NCBI GenBank assembly: GCA_030390025.1
Contig: CM059432.1
Span: forward strand, 60,142,001-60,206,000
Length of the DNA stretch: 64,000 nucleotides
DNA from: Squalus acanthias
Lineage: Eukaryota
Direction: 5' to 3'
Both the position numbers and the translations under genes were made by a program. Within the stretch, counting starts at the first letter, position 1, and every line of letters begins with the position of its first letter. Under the pieces are notes generated by a model. That model was not told the DNA's origin, did not search any database, and saw only the letters and a list, made by a program, of their open reading frames with translations. Shown piece by piece: positions 1 to 11,344 of this stretch.

Positions 1-829
1 TCATTAAAATACTGTCTAAGCAAAACAATTAAATCCCAAAAATGTTATGTTGAGTTGCTATGAATTTTTAAAATATTATTATTACTGCATCTGAAGAACA
101 TCCTGCTGTCAGAGTCAGCTCATTAAGAAAACAGAATCTGGACCCAATATACATTACTGGCAGTGAGAATGGGATACTTTACAAAGAAAACAGATCCAGA
201 TACTGTCTGTGCTATTGTTTTTTGTTTGCTGGAATAACACCAGCAGACAGCAACAGAAAGAGAAAAAGAGAAGGGAGGAAGGGAGATACAGTTAGAAAGA
301 AAAGAGAAATTAAGTCCAAGAGCTTCAAAGCACTTGGATCCATTAGTTGGATGTATGATGAGTTTTGTTAGCTTTCAACCGTGCCAGTATTTGGGATAAC
401 ATAGAGGATGTACAAACTGATATAATGCACCTTATCTGGTGCATTTAAAAATTCTGATAATATATACAAAGATTTGTAAAATCTAAAATAAGGTTGACAT
501 TATTTTACATTACTAATGGTGGATTGTAGTACTAAAAGCTTTATTTCAACTTTGAAAGCAATCTGTTTTTTCCAACTGTTATATTTGACCATTAAGCTTA
601 ACCCTTGTGGACCCCTTTACTACTTACAAAAAATAACATTTCCATTTACATGACCACGTCAGGGTTTAATATAGGAAGCTGCAACTATTGTCCCAGGAAA
701 CATTTTAAATTTGGGGCAATTATCTGTTTTGTTTGTTTGCTCCACTGGGAAGGTTGACCAGATTGACCACAGAGCAATCTTCAACTATACTAGGCATAAC
801 ACATATTCAGTGCATATAAGAATTGGTTC

Positions 830-1391
830 TTGTGTATCCCTGCCATGAAAATGGATCCCTCAGGAACTGTCTCCCTCCCTTTCAAAACTTCTGTCATCAC
901 CCCTTCTCAAAATTCCCACCCATGACCCCATTGTCCTTACAAACTATTGTCCCATCGCCAACCTCCCTTTCCTTTCCAACGTCATTGAACATGTTGTCAG
1001 CTTCAAAATCTATGTCCATCTTTCCCGCAACTCTTCAATCAGGTTTCCATCTCTGCCACAGCACTGAAAAGACCCTAATCAAAGTCACAAATGGCATCCT
1101 CTGTGACTGCGGCAGTAATGCACTAGCCCTCTTGGTCCTTCTTGACCTCTATGCAATCTTTGACATGGTCAACCATACCATATTCCTCCAATTCTTTTCC
1201 TCAATTTTTCACCTGAGACTGCCTTTGCTTGGTTCCACTTTTACCTATTCAATCATAGCCAGAAAGTCTCCAGCAATGGCTTCTTTTCCCACCCCTGCAC
1301 TGTTACTTCTGGAGTCCCACAAGGATCTATCCTTGTCCCCCTCCTATTCCTTATCTACATGCTGTCCCTCAGCAACATCACCGAAAGACAT
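830..1391 (+). mobile_element. L2-clade LINE RT fragment (5' part, continued at 7805-8610)
   Basis: Translates to LQSGFHLCHSTEKTLIKVTNGILCDC...LVLLDLYAIFDMVNH, closely resembling the L2 copy at 11345-12724. It breaks at ...aagacatg and resumes at catgacgtcaggttccatatatatgctgacgac (7805). Confidence 0.85.
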
Positions 1392-1716
1392 GGGGCTAAA
1401 TTCAATAGCCCCCGAAAACAGGTGAGGGGATCACAATGCCCAAATAACCCACGCTCGTCCAATGTGATGCAGGCAGCATGCAAACTTCATGCTGCCTGCT
1501 CATTTTCATTATTGTAGCATGCAACCAGTGCTAACCGCGCTGTTCATTAGCCGCACACATCAGCAGGGGGGCCAAAATCATAAGAGGTTAGCCCCACTTA
1601 AAGCTAGCCTGCACAACTTAAAGCCAGCCTGCACCCCTTAAAGGTGGGGGGGAGGGTTGCATTATGGCTGGTGGAAGTCATTCTACAACTGATTCTGACC
1701 TGGGAAACACTCAATA

Positions 1717-1953
1717 ATGGCACAACATGGGAGAGAGCGGGCTCCAAGGTTGTCTGATGCTGCACTTGAGGCCTTGGTGGAGGAGCAAAGTAGGAGAGAT
1801 GTGCTGTATCCACAGGGGGCCAGGAGGCCCTCCAGACAAACGCTCAGAAGGTAGTGGGAGCAGATAGCCGTGGCGGTCAATGCCAAGAGTCAAGCCCCAA
1901 GGACCTGCATGCAGTGCCGCAAGAAGTTAAATGACTTCACACAAGTGGTTAAG
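1717..1953 (+). pseudogene. Harbinger Myb/SANT-like (trihelix) DNA-binding protein, exon 1, with an in-frame stop
   Basis: Reads MAQHGRERAPRLSDAALEALVEEQSRRDVLYPQGARRPSRQTLRR*WEQIAVAVNAKSQAPRTCMQCRKKLNDFTQVVK, followed by a GT donor (gtcagt). Confidence 0.85.
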
Positions 1954-2030
1954 GTCAGTGAATGCATCTATAAATGCCATATCCCACCATATGCACCACT
2001 AGCGTCAGCCACTGCTCAATGCACCACACC

Positions 2031-3212
2031 CCCAGTTTTGAGCTGCTAGATCTGTCCTGAACCTATCCCATTTCGCACGGTGGTACTGCCACATAACACG
2101 ATGGAGGGTGTCCTCAGTACTACTGACCGAGCTGGCCGAGTCCTGAAGGACATAACTACCAGTCTGGGCCTCCGACAGGCGGTGAGAGAACCAACACGAG
2201 GGAAAAACCTACTTGACCTCGTCCTCACCAATCTATCTGTCGCAGATGCATCTGTCCATGACAGCATTGGTAGCAGTGACCACTGCACAGTCATTGCGGA
2301 GATGAAGTCCCGTCTTCATACTGAGGACACCCTCCATCGTGTTATGTGGCACTACCACCGTGCGAAATCGATAGGTTCAGGACAGATCTAGCAGCTCAAA
2401 ACTGGGCATCCATGAAGTGCTGTGGGCCATCAGCAGCAGCAGAATTGTATTCCACCACCATCTGTAACCTCGTGGCCCGGCATATCCCTCACTCTACCAT
2501 TAAGCCAGGAAACCAACCCTGGTTCAATAAGGGGTGTAGAAGAGCATGCCAGGAGCAACACCAGGCATACCTAAAAATGCGGTGCCAACCTGGGGAAGCA
2601 GCAACACAGGACTACATGCATGCTAAACAGCGGAAGCAGCATGCTATAGACAGAGTTAAGCGATCCCACAATCAACAGATCAGATCAAAGCTCTGCAGTC
2701 CTGCCACATCCAGTCGTGAATGGTGGTGGACCATTAAACAACTAACGGGAGGAGGAGGCTCCATGAATATCCCCATTCTCAATGATGGTGGCGCCCAGCA
2801 TGTGAGTGCAAAAGACAAGGCTGAAGCGTTTGCAACCATCTTCAGCTAGAAATGCCGAGTGGATGATCCATATCGGTCTCCACCACTACAGAAGCCAGTC
2901 TTCAGCCATTTCGATTCACTCCACGTGATATCAAGAAACGGCTGAGTGCACTGGATACAGCAAAGGCTGTGGGCGCCGACAACATCCCGGCTGTCGTGCT
3001 GAAGACTTGTGCTCCAGAACTAGCCGCGCCTCTAGCCAAGCTGTTCCAGTACAGCTATAATGCTGGCATCTATCCGACAATGTGGAAAACTGCCCAGGTA
3101 TGTCCTGTCCACAAAAAGCAGGACAAATCCAATCCGGACAATTACCTCTCCATCAGTCTACTCTCAATCATCAGCAAAGTGATGGAAGGTGTCGTCGACA
3201 GTGCTATCAAGT
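2031..3212 (+). mobile_element. Non-LTR retrotransposon fragment (APE C-terminus to RT N-terminus), distinct from the CR1 copies here, with an inverted 5' segment
   Basis: Contains EPTRGKNLLDLVLTN, SDH and PAVVLKTCAPELAAPLAKLFQYSY...WKTAQVCPVHKK, with frameshifts. Bases 2031-2119 are the reverse complement of 2319-2406. Confidence 0.85.
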
Positions 3213-4049
3213 TTTTATTTCAGCGTTGTGGCCAAGAGGTCACTGTGATGGTCAGTAACAGAGGGAAGGTAAGGTGTGGGACTAATGTTGAAAGGGGAAT
3301 TGGGGTTGTGTTCACTGGTACCGCAGGAGGATGATTCCATCCCGGATATCCCGACCAGAAAGGGGCTGTCTGGGATGCATCCTCCCTTCCGCTTCCTCCA
3401 CTTCTGCTTCTTCCTCTTCCGCGTCTTCCTCTTCCCTCTGTGAGCGGATGCTGGAAAACTGAAATAAAAGCAGAAAATGCTGGAAATACTCAGCAGATCA
3501 GGCAGCATCTCGACCTGAGACGTGAACTCTGTTTCTATCTCCACTAATGCTGCCTGACCTGCTGAGTATTTCCAGCATTTTCTGTCTTCTTGGAGGCCTT
3601 CCTTTACCATCTGAAGCCTTTCAAGCATCCAGCAGCACTCCTTGCACACTTTAAAAACTTTTAACATCTGTTGCACCAAGTCACTACTTCAATAAAATAT
3701 TAAAAAAGTCCAAAAGCTTAATTCCAAACTTATCTGAAAGATGTGTGTGCCCCTTTAAGAAGCGCTGATAGCATCTCTACAGGGCTGCATCACACACGCT
3801 TTTATGAGCATGCTTGGGACTCAGCAGTAAACAGAGCAAAAAGGTTTGCTGACGTGGTGTCAATTTGGCGTGGACATCACGCTCTGATCATTTACAGGTC
3901 AGTGGCCAGCACTGCCAATGGCAGCGCTATGGCCCTTACCAAAATGGCGGCAGTTGTGTCCCGCACCAGAGGCGGGTGGAAGTGAGGTACCACCATTTTT
4001 CTTTCGAAACAGGCCTTAACAGCCAGCATAAACAGTGTGAATTTCTAGA
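3213..4049. mobile_element. Right-hand part of a second, internally deleted Harbinger (copy B) nested in copy A
   Basis: Its start resembles the intergenic/3' region at 48160-48330 and 4554-4650. It ends in gaatttctagacc, like the ends at 21695 and 49913. Confidence 0.65.
3471..3584. repeat. Short inverted repeat (38-bp arms), probably a remnant of a Penelope-like element end
   Basis: cagaaaatgctggaaatactcagcagatcaggcagcat (3471-3508) pairs with atgctgcctgacctgctgagtatttccagcattttctg (3547-3584) with one mismatch. Confidence 0.7.
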
Positions 4050-4649
4050 CCACAGTGTTTAAAGGGTCTTGCAGGGTGTCACAGCAGTCCAGCAATCTGT
4101 CTTCCAACAGATTACTAGGATTTTTGAGGCGCCACCCTGTGGGAGAGGCAGTAGCTCCATGGATCACCAACATGCTGTCCTCTCTCAGGATGACAGCATT
4201 CATCCTCCCACCCCTGCCACTCCGCCAGTGCCCTTGTTGTTGTCTTACAGCCAGCCAGCCCAGGCTGCTGCCGCCCATGCTAAGATGGTACAGTCTGCAG
4301 CCGAGCCTTCTCGGCCCAGAGCTGCTCGAGGTCATCCTCTAAGGCCATCTGCAGTCTCCTCTACTGAAAGTCAACAGCCTTCCACCAGCCATACTGCAGC
4401 CACTGGGGCAGCACTGTGTAGGAGTACTAGGACAGCAAAGGCACATGGAAAACAAGCACTAACGGAATGTACAGGGGTGATCAGCTTACATTTATATGCA
4501 ATATGGCATAATTTCATTTATAAATTTGGTTTGCAATGTTTATTTTGTGTTGGCTTTTATTTTTGCATTCTGGCCAAGCAGATGCTGTGACGGTCAGTGA
4601 CAGAGGGAAGGTAAGGTGTGGGACTGTTGGTGAATGGGGAATTGGGGTT

Positions 4650-5798
4650 GTGTTTCCTGGTATCGCACACGGATGAGTTCTTCACGGACAGCCCGGCCAG
4701 AAAGGGCCTGTCTAGGTTGCCTCCTCTCTTCCTCCTACTCCTCCAACCTCATGCTTCTCATCTGGTCACCGTATTGCTGGTGGCAAAGGCTGTGCCCTCA
4801 TGATGGCGAGGCTGTGCAGCATGCAGCAGACCACCACGAATCTCAACACCCGCTCTGCCGAGTACTGCAGGGCTCCTCCAGAGCGGTCCAGGCAGCGGAA
4901 GCATTGTTTCTGCACGCCAATGATCTGCTCTATCACATTTCATGTGGAAGCATGGCTTTGATTGTATGCATGCTGCCCACATGTGCATGGGTTGCGCACC
5001 GGAGTCATGAGCCATGTCGTCAGCGGATAGCCCTTGTCACCCAATAGCCACCCTTTGGTTTGGCCTGGTGGCTCTAATGCAGATGGCACAGCAGACTGCC
5101 GCAGAATGAGGGCATCATAACTGCTGCCAGGATACCAGGCATTGACCTGCATGATTCGCTGCCTATGGTCGCACACCAGCTGGACATTGAGGGAGTAGAA
5201 TCCCTTTCGGTTGTGGTACATGTCAGAGTTGACATGTGGTGCCCACAAAGTGATGTGCGCGCAGCCAATGGCACCCTGCACCACGGGGAAGCCTGCAATC
5301 CCAGTGAAGCCATGTGCTCGCTCTGCCTGCTGGCTACTGGCAAGAGAATAAAATGTAGTCAGCTCTCTTTGAATACAGAGCCTCAGTGACCTCCCTTACA
5401 CAACAGTGGATGGCAAACTGCGAGATGTTGCAAATATCTCCAGCTCCAGCCTGGAAGGAGCCCGACACACAAAAGTTCATCACCACGGTCACCTTCAGAA
5501 CCACTGGCAATGTGGTCCTTGCCCTGCTCTGAGGTTGCAGTTGTAGCTGCTGCAGGGGGCAGATTTCAGTGAGGACGCCCTTACTGAAGTGCAGACGTCT
5601 CACACATTGTTCCTCACTGAGGTTCAGGTAGAAGAATTGCTCCCTGAATACCCTCGGCAGATATGGCCTCCTGCTGAGAGCCCTTCTCCCTCTCCTCTTC
5701 CTCCTCCCTCTTCCAGCAGCTTGACCTGCTCTGTGTCGCCCCTGTTCATTCTCCAAGTCATGCTATATTCCAAGGGGAATTCCTGCTAGTGCACCCAT
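4650..5798 (-). pseudogene. HARBI1-like Harbinger DDE transposase, frameshifted
   Basis: Motifs: SGSFQAGAGDICNISQFAIHCCVREVT; VQGAIGCAHI (catalytic D lost); [42 protein letters not shown]. Confidence 0.9.
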
Positions 5799-6067
5799 GT
5801 CGGGGAGCAAGAGATTTGTGCAGAAGCCTTGAAGTCAGAAAAAAGTCCTTCAGCACGTGCCACACCACTCCCTTTAGACTTTTGAAACTTTAAACAACTA
5901 TTGAAAGCACCAAACACTTGTAGAATCGTAGCAACAGCCAGTAGAAATCAATCAGCAACTAACCTGTAAGTAGGTGATGATCCCTTTAAATACCAGTGGA
6001 GGGGTGGGGGGTCCTTCCTGTAGCTGAACCCGTGTACAGCTTTGCGAGCTTAAGAGAATACATTAGC

Positions 6068-7575
6068 ATAGATGCATAGCAGCATAGAAGATAGGAGCAG
6101 GAGTAGGCCATTCGGCCCCTCGAGCCTGCTCCGCCATTTAATGAGATCATGACTGATCATCCAAATTCAGTACCCTGTCCCTGCTTTCTCTCCATATCCC
6201 TTGATCCCTTTAGCCTTAAGAAATATATCTATCTCCTTCTTGAATATATTTAATGAATTGGCCTCAACTGCCTTCTGTGGTAGAGAATTTCACAGGTTCA
6301 CCACTCTTTGGGTGAAGAAATTCCTCCTCATCTCAGTCCTATCCTTAGACTGTGACCTCTGGTTCTGGACTCCCCCGACATCGGGAACATCCTTCCTGCA
6401 TCTAGTCTGACTAGCCCTGTTAGAATTTTATAAGTTTCAATGAGATCCCCTCTCATTCTTCTAAACTCTAGCGAATATAAGCCTAATTGACCCAATCTCT
6501 CTTCATACGTCATTCCTGCCATCTCAGGTATCAGTCTGGTAAATCTTCGCTGCACTCCCTCCATGGCAAGAACATCCTTCCTCCTTCCAAAGATGTGCGG
6601 GTTAGGTTGATTTAGCTATGATAAATTGACCCTTAGTGTTAGGGGGGATTAAATACGTGGGGTTACGGGGATAGGGTGGGATATGTGTCGGTGCAGGCTC
6701 GATGGGCCGAAATGGCCTCTATCTGCACTGTGGGGATTCTGTGATTCTGTGATAAGGCGACCAAAACTGCACACAATACTCAAGGTGTGGTCTCACCAAG
6801 GCCTTGTACAACTGCAGCAAGACATCCTTGCTCCTGTACTCGAATCCTCTCGCTATGAAAGCCAACATACCATTTGCCTTCTTAACCGCCTGCTGCACCT
6901 GCATGCTTACCTTCAGCGACTGGTGCACAAGGACTCCCAGATCTCGTTGCACTTCCCCTTTTCCCAATCTATTGCCGTTCAGATAATAATCTGTCTTCCT
7001 GTTTTTGCCACCAAAGTGGATAACCTCGCATTTATCCACATTATACTGCATCTGCCACGCTTCTGCCCACTCACCCAACCTGTCCAAATCATACTGGAGT
7101 TTCTCTGCACCCTCCTCACAGCACACACGCCCACCCAGCTTTGTGTCATCTGCAAACTTAGAGATATTACATCTAGTTCCCTCGTCTAGATCATTAATAT
7201 ATATTGTGAATAGCTGGGGTCCTAGCACCGATCCCTGCGGTACCCCACTAGTCACTGCCTGCCACTCGGAAAAGGACCTGTTTATTCCAACTCTTTGCTT
7301 CCTGTCTGCCAACCAGTTCTCTATCCAAGTCAGTACCTTGCCCCCAATCCCATGTGCTTTAACTTTGCACGCTAATCTCTTAAGCGGGACCTTATCGAAA
7401 GCCTTCTGAAAGTCCAAATACACCACATCCACTGGTTCTCCCTTATCTATTCTACCAGTTACATCCTCAAAAAAATACAGTAGATTAGTCAGGCATGATT
7501 TCCCTTTTGTAAACCCATGTTGACTTTGTCCGATCCTGTCACTGTTTTCCAAGTGCTCTGCTATTACATCTTTTA
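6068..7575 (-). mobile_element. CR1 LINE 3' part (RT and 3' UTR) inserted in the Harbinger A subterminal region
   Basis: ORF 6719-7612 has [27 protein letters not shown] and FADDTK. The Harbinger sequence resumes on both sides (ttagc at each junction). Confidence 0.95.
6584..6750 (+). mobile_element. SINE 3' fragment (HE1/V-SINE-like, with a CR1-type tail) inserted in the CR1
   Basis: Starts tccaaagatgtgcgggttaggttgatt...aaattgaccctt and ends gatgggccgaaatggcctc...gattctgtgattct. It interrupts the CR1 between aacatccttcctc and gataaggcgacc. Confidence 0.75.
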
Positions 7576-7804
7576 GCTGGAGCGTTGCACTCCAAAATGG
7601 CAGCGCTGGCACGAAATCAGCGTTGCACGCTGATTGACGTCATGATCTGCCTACTCTGCTCACTGCGCATGCGCTAACGGCCTCACCAATATGCCATCCA
7701 GTGCGGCTTGCACCAGAAGTGTGCGCACCGTGGACGCCATTTTGGATCTCTCAGGGCATTCCTAGTGCCCAAAAAACAAATGCTACGGATCTGAATTTTG
7801 CATC

Positions 7805-8610
7805 CATGACGTCAGGTTCCATATATATGCTGACGACACCCAGCTCCACCTCTTCATCTCCTAACCGTCCAATGCCTCTTTGTTGTCAAACTGCTTGTCC
7901 AACACCCAGCCCTGGATGAGCCACAATTTCCTCTAGTTAAACTTTGGGAAGACCGAAGCCATTGTCTTTGGCCCCTCCCACAAACTCCCTTCCCTTGCCA
8001 CCGATTCCATCCCTCCCCCGACCACTTTCTCAGGTGAACCAGATTGTTCGCTTGATCCTGAGCTTAGCTTCCAACCCCGTATCCTCTCCATCACAAAGAC
8101 TGCCTACTTCCAGCTCAGGAGGATTGCCTGTCTCGGCCCCTGCCTTAACTGCTGCTGAAACCTCCATCGATGCTTTTGTCACCTCTAGGCTCAACTATTC
8201 CAATGCTCTCCTGGCCGGCCTCCCATCCTCCACCTTATCCAAAACTCTGCTGCCCGTATCCTAATCCCCACTAAGTCCTGCTCACCCATCACACCTGTGC
8301 TTGCTGACCTACATTGGCTCCTGGTCCCCCATCAGCTCCAACTTAAAATGTTCACCCTCTTCATGCCCTAAGCTTTAGACCTCGTCATGCCCTAAGCTCT
8401 GGAATTCCTTCCCTAAACCTCTCTGCCTCTCCACCTCTCTCATCCTTTAAGACGCTCTTTAAAACCTGCCACGTTGACAAAGCTTTTAGTCACCCCTCCT
8501 AATATCTCCTTCTTTGGCTCGGTGTCAAGTTTTTCTGATTATGCCTCTGTGAAGTGCTTTGGAATGTTTTCCTATGTTAAAGCGCTATATAATTGCAAGT
8601 TGTTGTTGTC
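7805..8610 (+). mobile_element. L2 LINE 3' part
   Basis: Contains a YADDTQL-like motif, AFVTSRLNYSNALLAGLP and a (gtt)n 3' tail. Confidence 0.85.
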
Positions 8611-8989
8611 GTAATGTGGTTTACTTGTGAGAGGAAACTTTGCAAATGTGCTTGTGATGTGCAGCTTTGCCACCGGGGGTGCATATTAGAATTTGGGTGC
8701 AGAAATGGCTGTAAAATCCTGCAGGGCCCTCTGACTTTGATGCCTGAAATCCTGCTACACACTTCAGGTGGGCAAAGCAACACGCCAGGAACAAGAATTT
8801 GTAAAATTTACCCATGGTGTCATTTTGACAGATTTATTAGATTGATTTGCGAAGGACAATACAGATTAAATTATTAATTTCATATTATTTTTATATTTTT
8901 CCATTCTCTTCCTTGTAGGTCTCCATTCATCACATTCTGCTCAAGAAATAAGCTGGCTCTATTTTTTGGATGGGTCATTATGGACTAAG

Positions 8990-9250
8990 GCTTCAAATGT
9001 GGTTCACGTGAATGTAAAGAGTGTTCTCCCAATGTTCTAGCCAATATTCCTCCATCAAGCACCAAAAATAGATTAACTAGTTGCTCACCACTTTTGATGT
9101 CTGTGAGACCTTGCTGTGCACAAATTGACGGCTGAATTTGCCTACATTACAACTACTGCCTATATTACAACGCTGACTGCATTTCAAAAGTAATTCGTTG
9201 GTTGTGAAGCACTTTGGGATGTCCTGAACATGATATGGTGCTGTATAAAT
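8990..9250 (+). mobile_element. Degraded DeuSINE/SacSINE1-like 3' half
   Basis: Similar to the 3' half of the SINE at 29408-29847 (ccaatatt...tacattacaac...aaagta...aagcactttgggatgtcc). Confidence 0.6.
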
Positions 9251-9342
9251 TCTATCTTCAAACCATTATCAGGATCTGCAGGAGATTTGTTGCCTTGTAC
9301 ACTTCAACTGTGATATAGCCTTGTACTAACGAAGAGCTTATA

Positions 9343-10101
9343 GGCCGTATTTTCCGATCGGAGGCTTCCTGCGTGCGGAGGCCTCCGATCTGGAAAAAAT
9401 CTACGGACTTACCTGAGGGCTCCCGAGGTGTGCATACTTCCGCTCCTGGGCCTCTCCAAACTCAAAATGCGCAGGGCCCACGTATCCCAGAGGCGCATGC
9501 AGTTCACAAGCGTCCCTGGGATCACGTGGGCCATGGGGAGCCAATAGGAGAAGGGAATCTCCCTTCATACACTTGACAGATAGACCTGTCAAATATATGA
9601 ATGGAGATCATCCCAAAAACACAGTAAAACATTAAATAAATTTAAAAAAAAAATCACATTTTTAAAATGAGTTGAAATTACAATAAATTAAATATTTTAT
9701 ACAAAAATTAAATTTTTTGAAAAAAATAATTAAAGTTTTTTTAAGGGGCTTAAAAAGAAACTTATCTTTTTTAAAATTATTTTTAAATTATAAATCAGTG
9801 AATTTAAAAAAAAAAAACTTTTTTCAACTCTTATGCTGGTAAAAGCAGGCCTTACGCCTGCTTTTACCAGGCGTAAGATTTCTAATGGTTGTCTGTGGGC
9901 GGAGGTTCTCCAGAAAGCGGAACTCTCCGCCCGCAGAGGCCCTTCTCCAGGGCAGGCATCCGATCTGTCAGGAGCATTCTTGACAGATCGAAAATACCGT
10001 TTTCAGCGCATGCGCTTTGCATGCCTGAAACCGGCATTTCCGATGTCCCGACGGGTGCGTACACAGCTCATACACACCCGTAGGGATCGGAAAATACGGC
10101 C
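9343..10101. mobile_element. Non-autonomous TIR element (Harbinger/Tourist-like MITE)
   Basis: Perfect 17-bp TIRs ggccgtattttccgatc (9343-9359) and gatcggaaaatacggcc (10085-10101), an AT-rich core and no ORF. Confidence 0.8.
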
Positions 10102-10235
10102 CCATATTTTTCTTTCTTTCTCCTGATCTCAGCTGGAGTAGAAACTCAACAGGTGATAAAATCCTATCCTATACTCCACAGAATAAAGACACAGTATGCT
10201 TTTTTAATTTTTTCATCATATATTGTTGTAATTAC

Positions 10236-10385
10236 CTGTAGATAATCTTTAATGCTTACTTCTGTCTTCAGTCTGTCATGATAGATATCTGCAAGTTTGC
10301 TTTTTGCGGCTAGATATGAATGTTGCAGATGCTGGTACTCTTCAGTTCGAGCAGAATTTTCCATAAGTGCTAAAGCAAGTTTGAC
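10236..10385 (-). CDS. CCDC178: Internal coding exon (150 nt, phase 0-0) of a coiled-coil protein gene, probably CCDC178
   Basis: The minus strand reads tatctttctAG|GTCAAA...CTACAG|GTaatt and is open for 50 codons: VKLALALMENSARTEEYQHLQHSYLAAKSKLADIYHDRLKTEVSIKDYLQ. The pattern EN..R..EYQ.LQ...L..K.....IY...L....SI.D..Q matches my recollection of the C-terminal region of vertebrate CCDC178. The flanks are non-repetitive. The gene name is from memory, not from a search. Confidence 0.8.
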
Positions 10386-10669
10386 CTAGAAAGATAATTA
10401 CCAGAAATAAATGGTACTGTTTGCAAGGTAAACATTTCTAAATCCAATGTCTAAACCAATGTTTTATTTGTTTGGTTGGATTCATCTATAGTATAAGAAT
10501 TTGTCATTGTACAGTCATATACCTGAACCCTCATTGAAAGAACAATCATGGGGAATTGGGTGCTTGTGTTTCATCTCTGATATCAGAGTTCAAATGCAGC
10601 CCATGCTGGTGGGACGAAAGTTTCTTTGGTCTGCTGGCTGTAAAGATTCTTAATCCAGTTCCTCATTTG

Positions 10670-11010
10670 TATATTAGTCCCGCTCGCCCATCACTCCTGT
10701 CCTTGTTGACCTACATTGGCTCTCGGACATCCAACGCCTCCAATTTAAATTTCTTATCCTTGTGTTTAAATCCCATCATAGCCTTGCCCCTATCACTGTA
10801 ACTTTCTGCAGTCCCTTTCCCCCTTTGCCCCACCACAGGTGGCTGTGCCTTCAGCTGCCTTGGCCCCACGCTTTGGAATTTCCTCCCTAAACTCCTCCGC
10901 TTCTCCATTTCCCTCCGTACCCATTTTTGTTTGTTTATGTCTTTGTGAAATGCCTTGGGACCTGTTCCTACATTAAAGTTGGTATAAAAATGCAAATTGT
11001 TGTTCTTGCT
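10670..11010 (+). mobile_element. L2 LINE 3' fragment
   Basis: Matches the 3' end of the L2 at 11345-12724 (gacctacattgg..., gccttcagctgcc..., tail aaatgcaaattgttgtt). Confidence 0.7.
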
Positions 11011-11344
11011 TTAATTGTCACTAAGGAATACAAATTTAGATGCACCCGCTCCTGGTGCGCACCATAAATGCATATTGCATAATTGAACATTGCTGTCTAG
11101 GAGTATGCAATTTTCCAATGGATGCTCCAGGCGTGTGTCAGGAACAAATGCATTGGAACTTTTATTCCTGTATTGCCAATCTCACTCAGGTAAGCCACAG
11201 GATAGATAATAGAAAACCACCACATTAATAGTAGAATTGTGCTCTTCTGAAGATAGAACTGAGATGTTGTTAGGGTAGACTAGGGGTGGCTTTAGACTGC
11301 ATCTCACTGTCCTATACCTGACTTGGGAGTACTTGATGTTCACA

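Larger units (their letters stand above)
1392..7805. mobile_element. PIF/Harbinger DNA transposon copy A, decayed and carrying nested insertions
   Basis: Left end ggggctaaattc, degenerate right end gaattttgcatcc, and a 3-bp duplication (CAT/ATG) of the interrupted L2. A Myb/SANT-like exon lies on + at the left and a HARBI1-like transposase on - at the right. Confidence 0.75.

Noticed and set aside
8880..8990. Plus-strand acceptor-like site (ttctcttccttgtag) as a host exon
   Set aside because: No convincing open frame or donor follows, and it is on the opposite strand to the supported exon.
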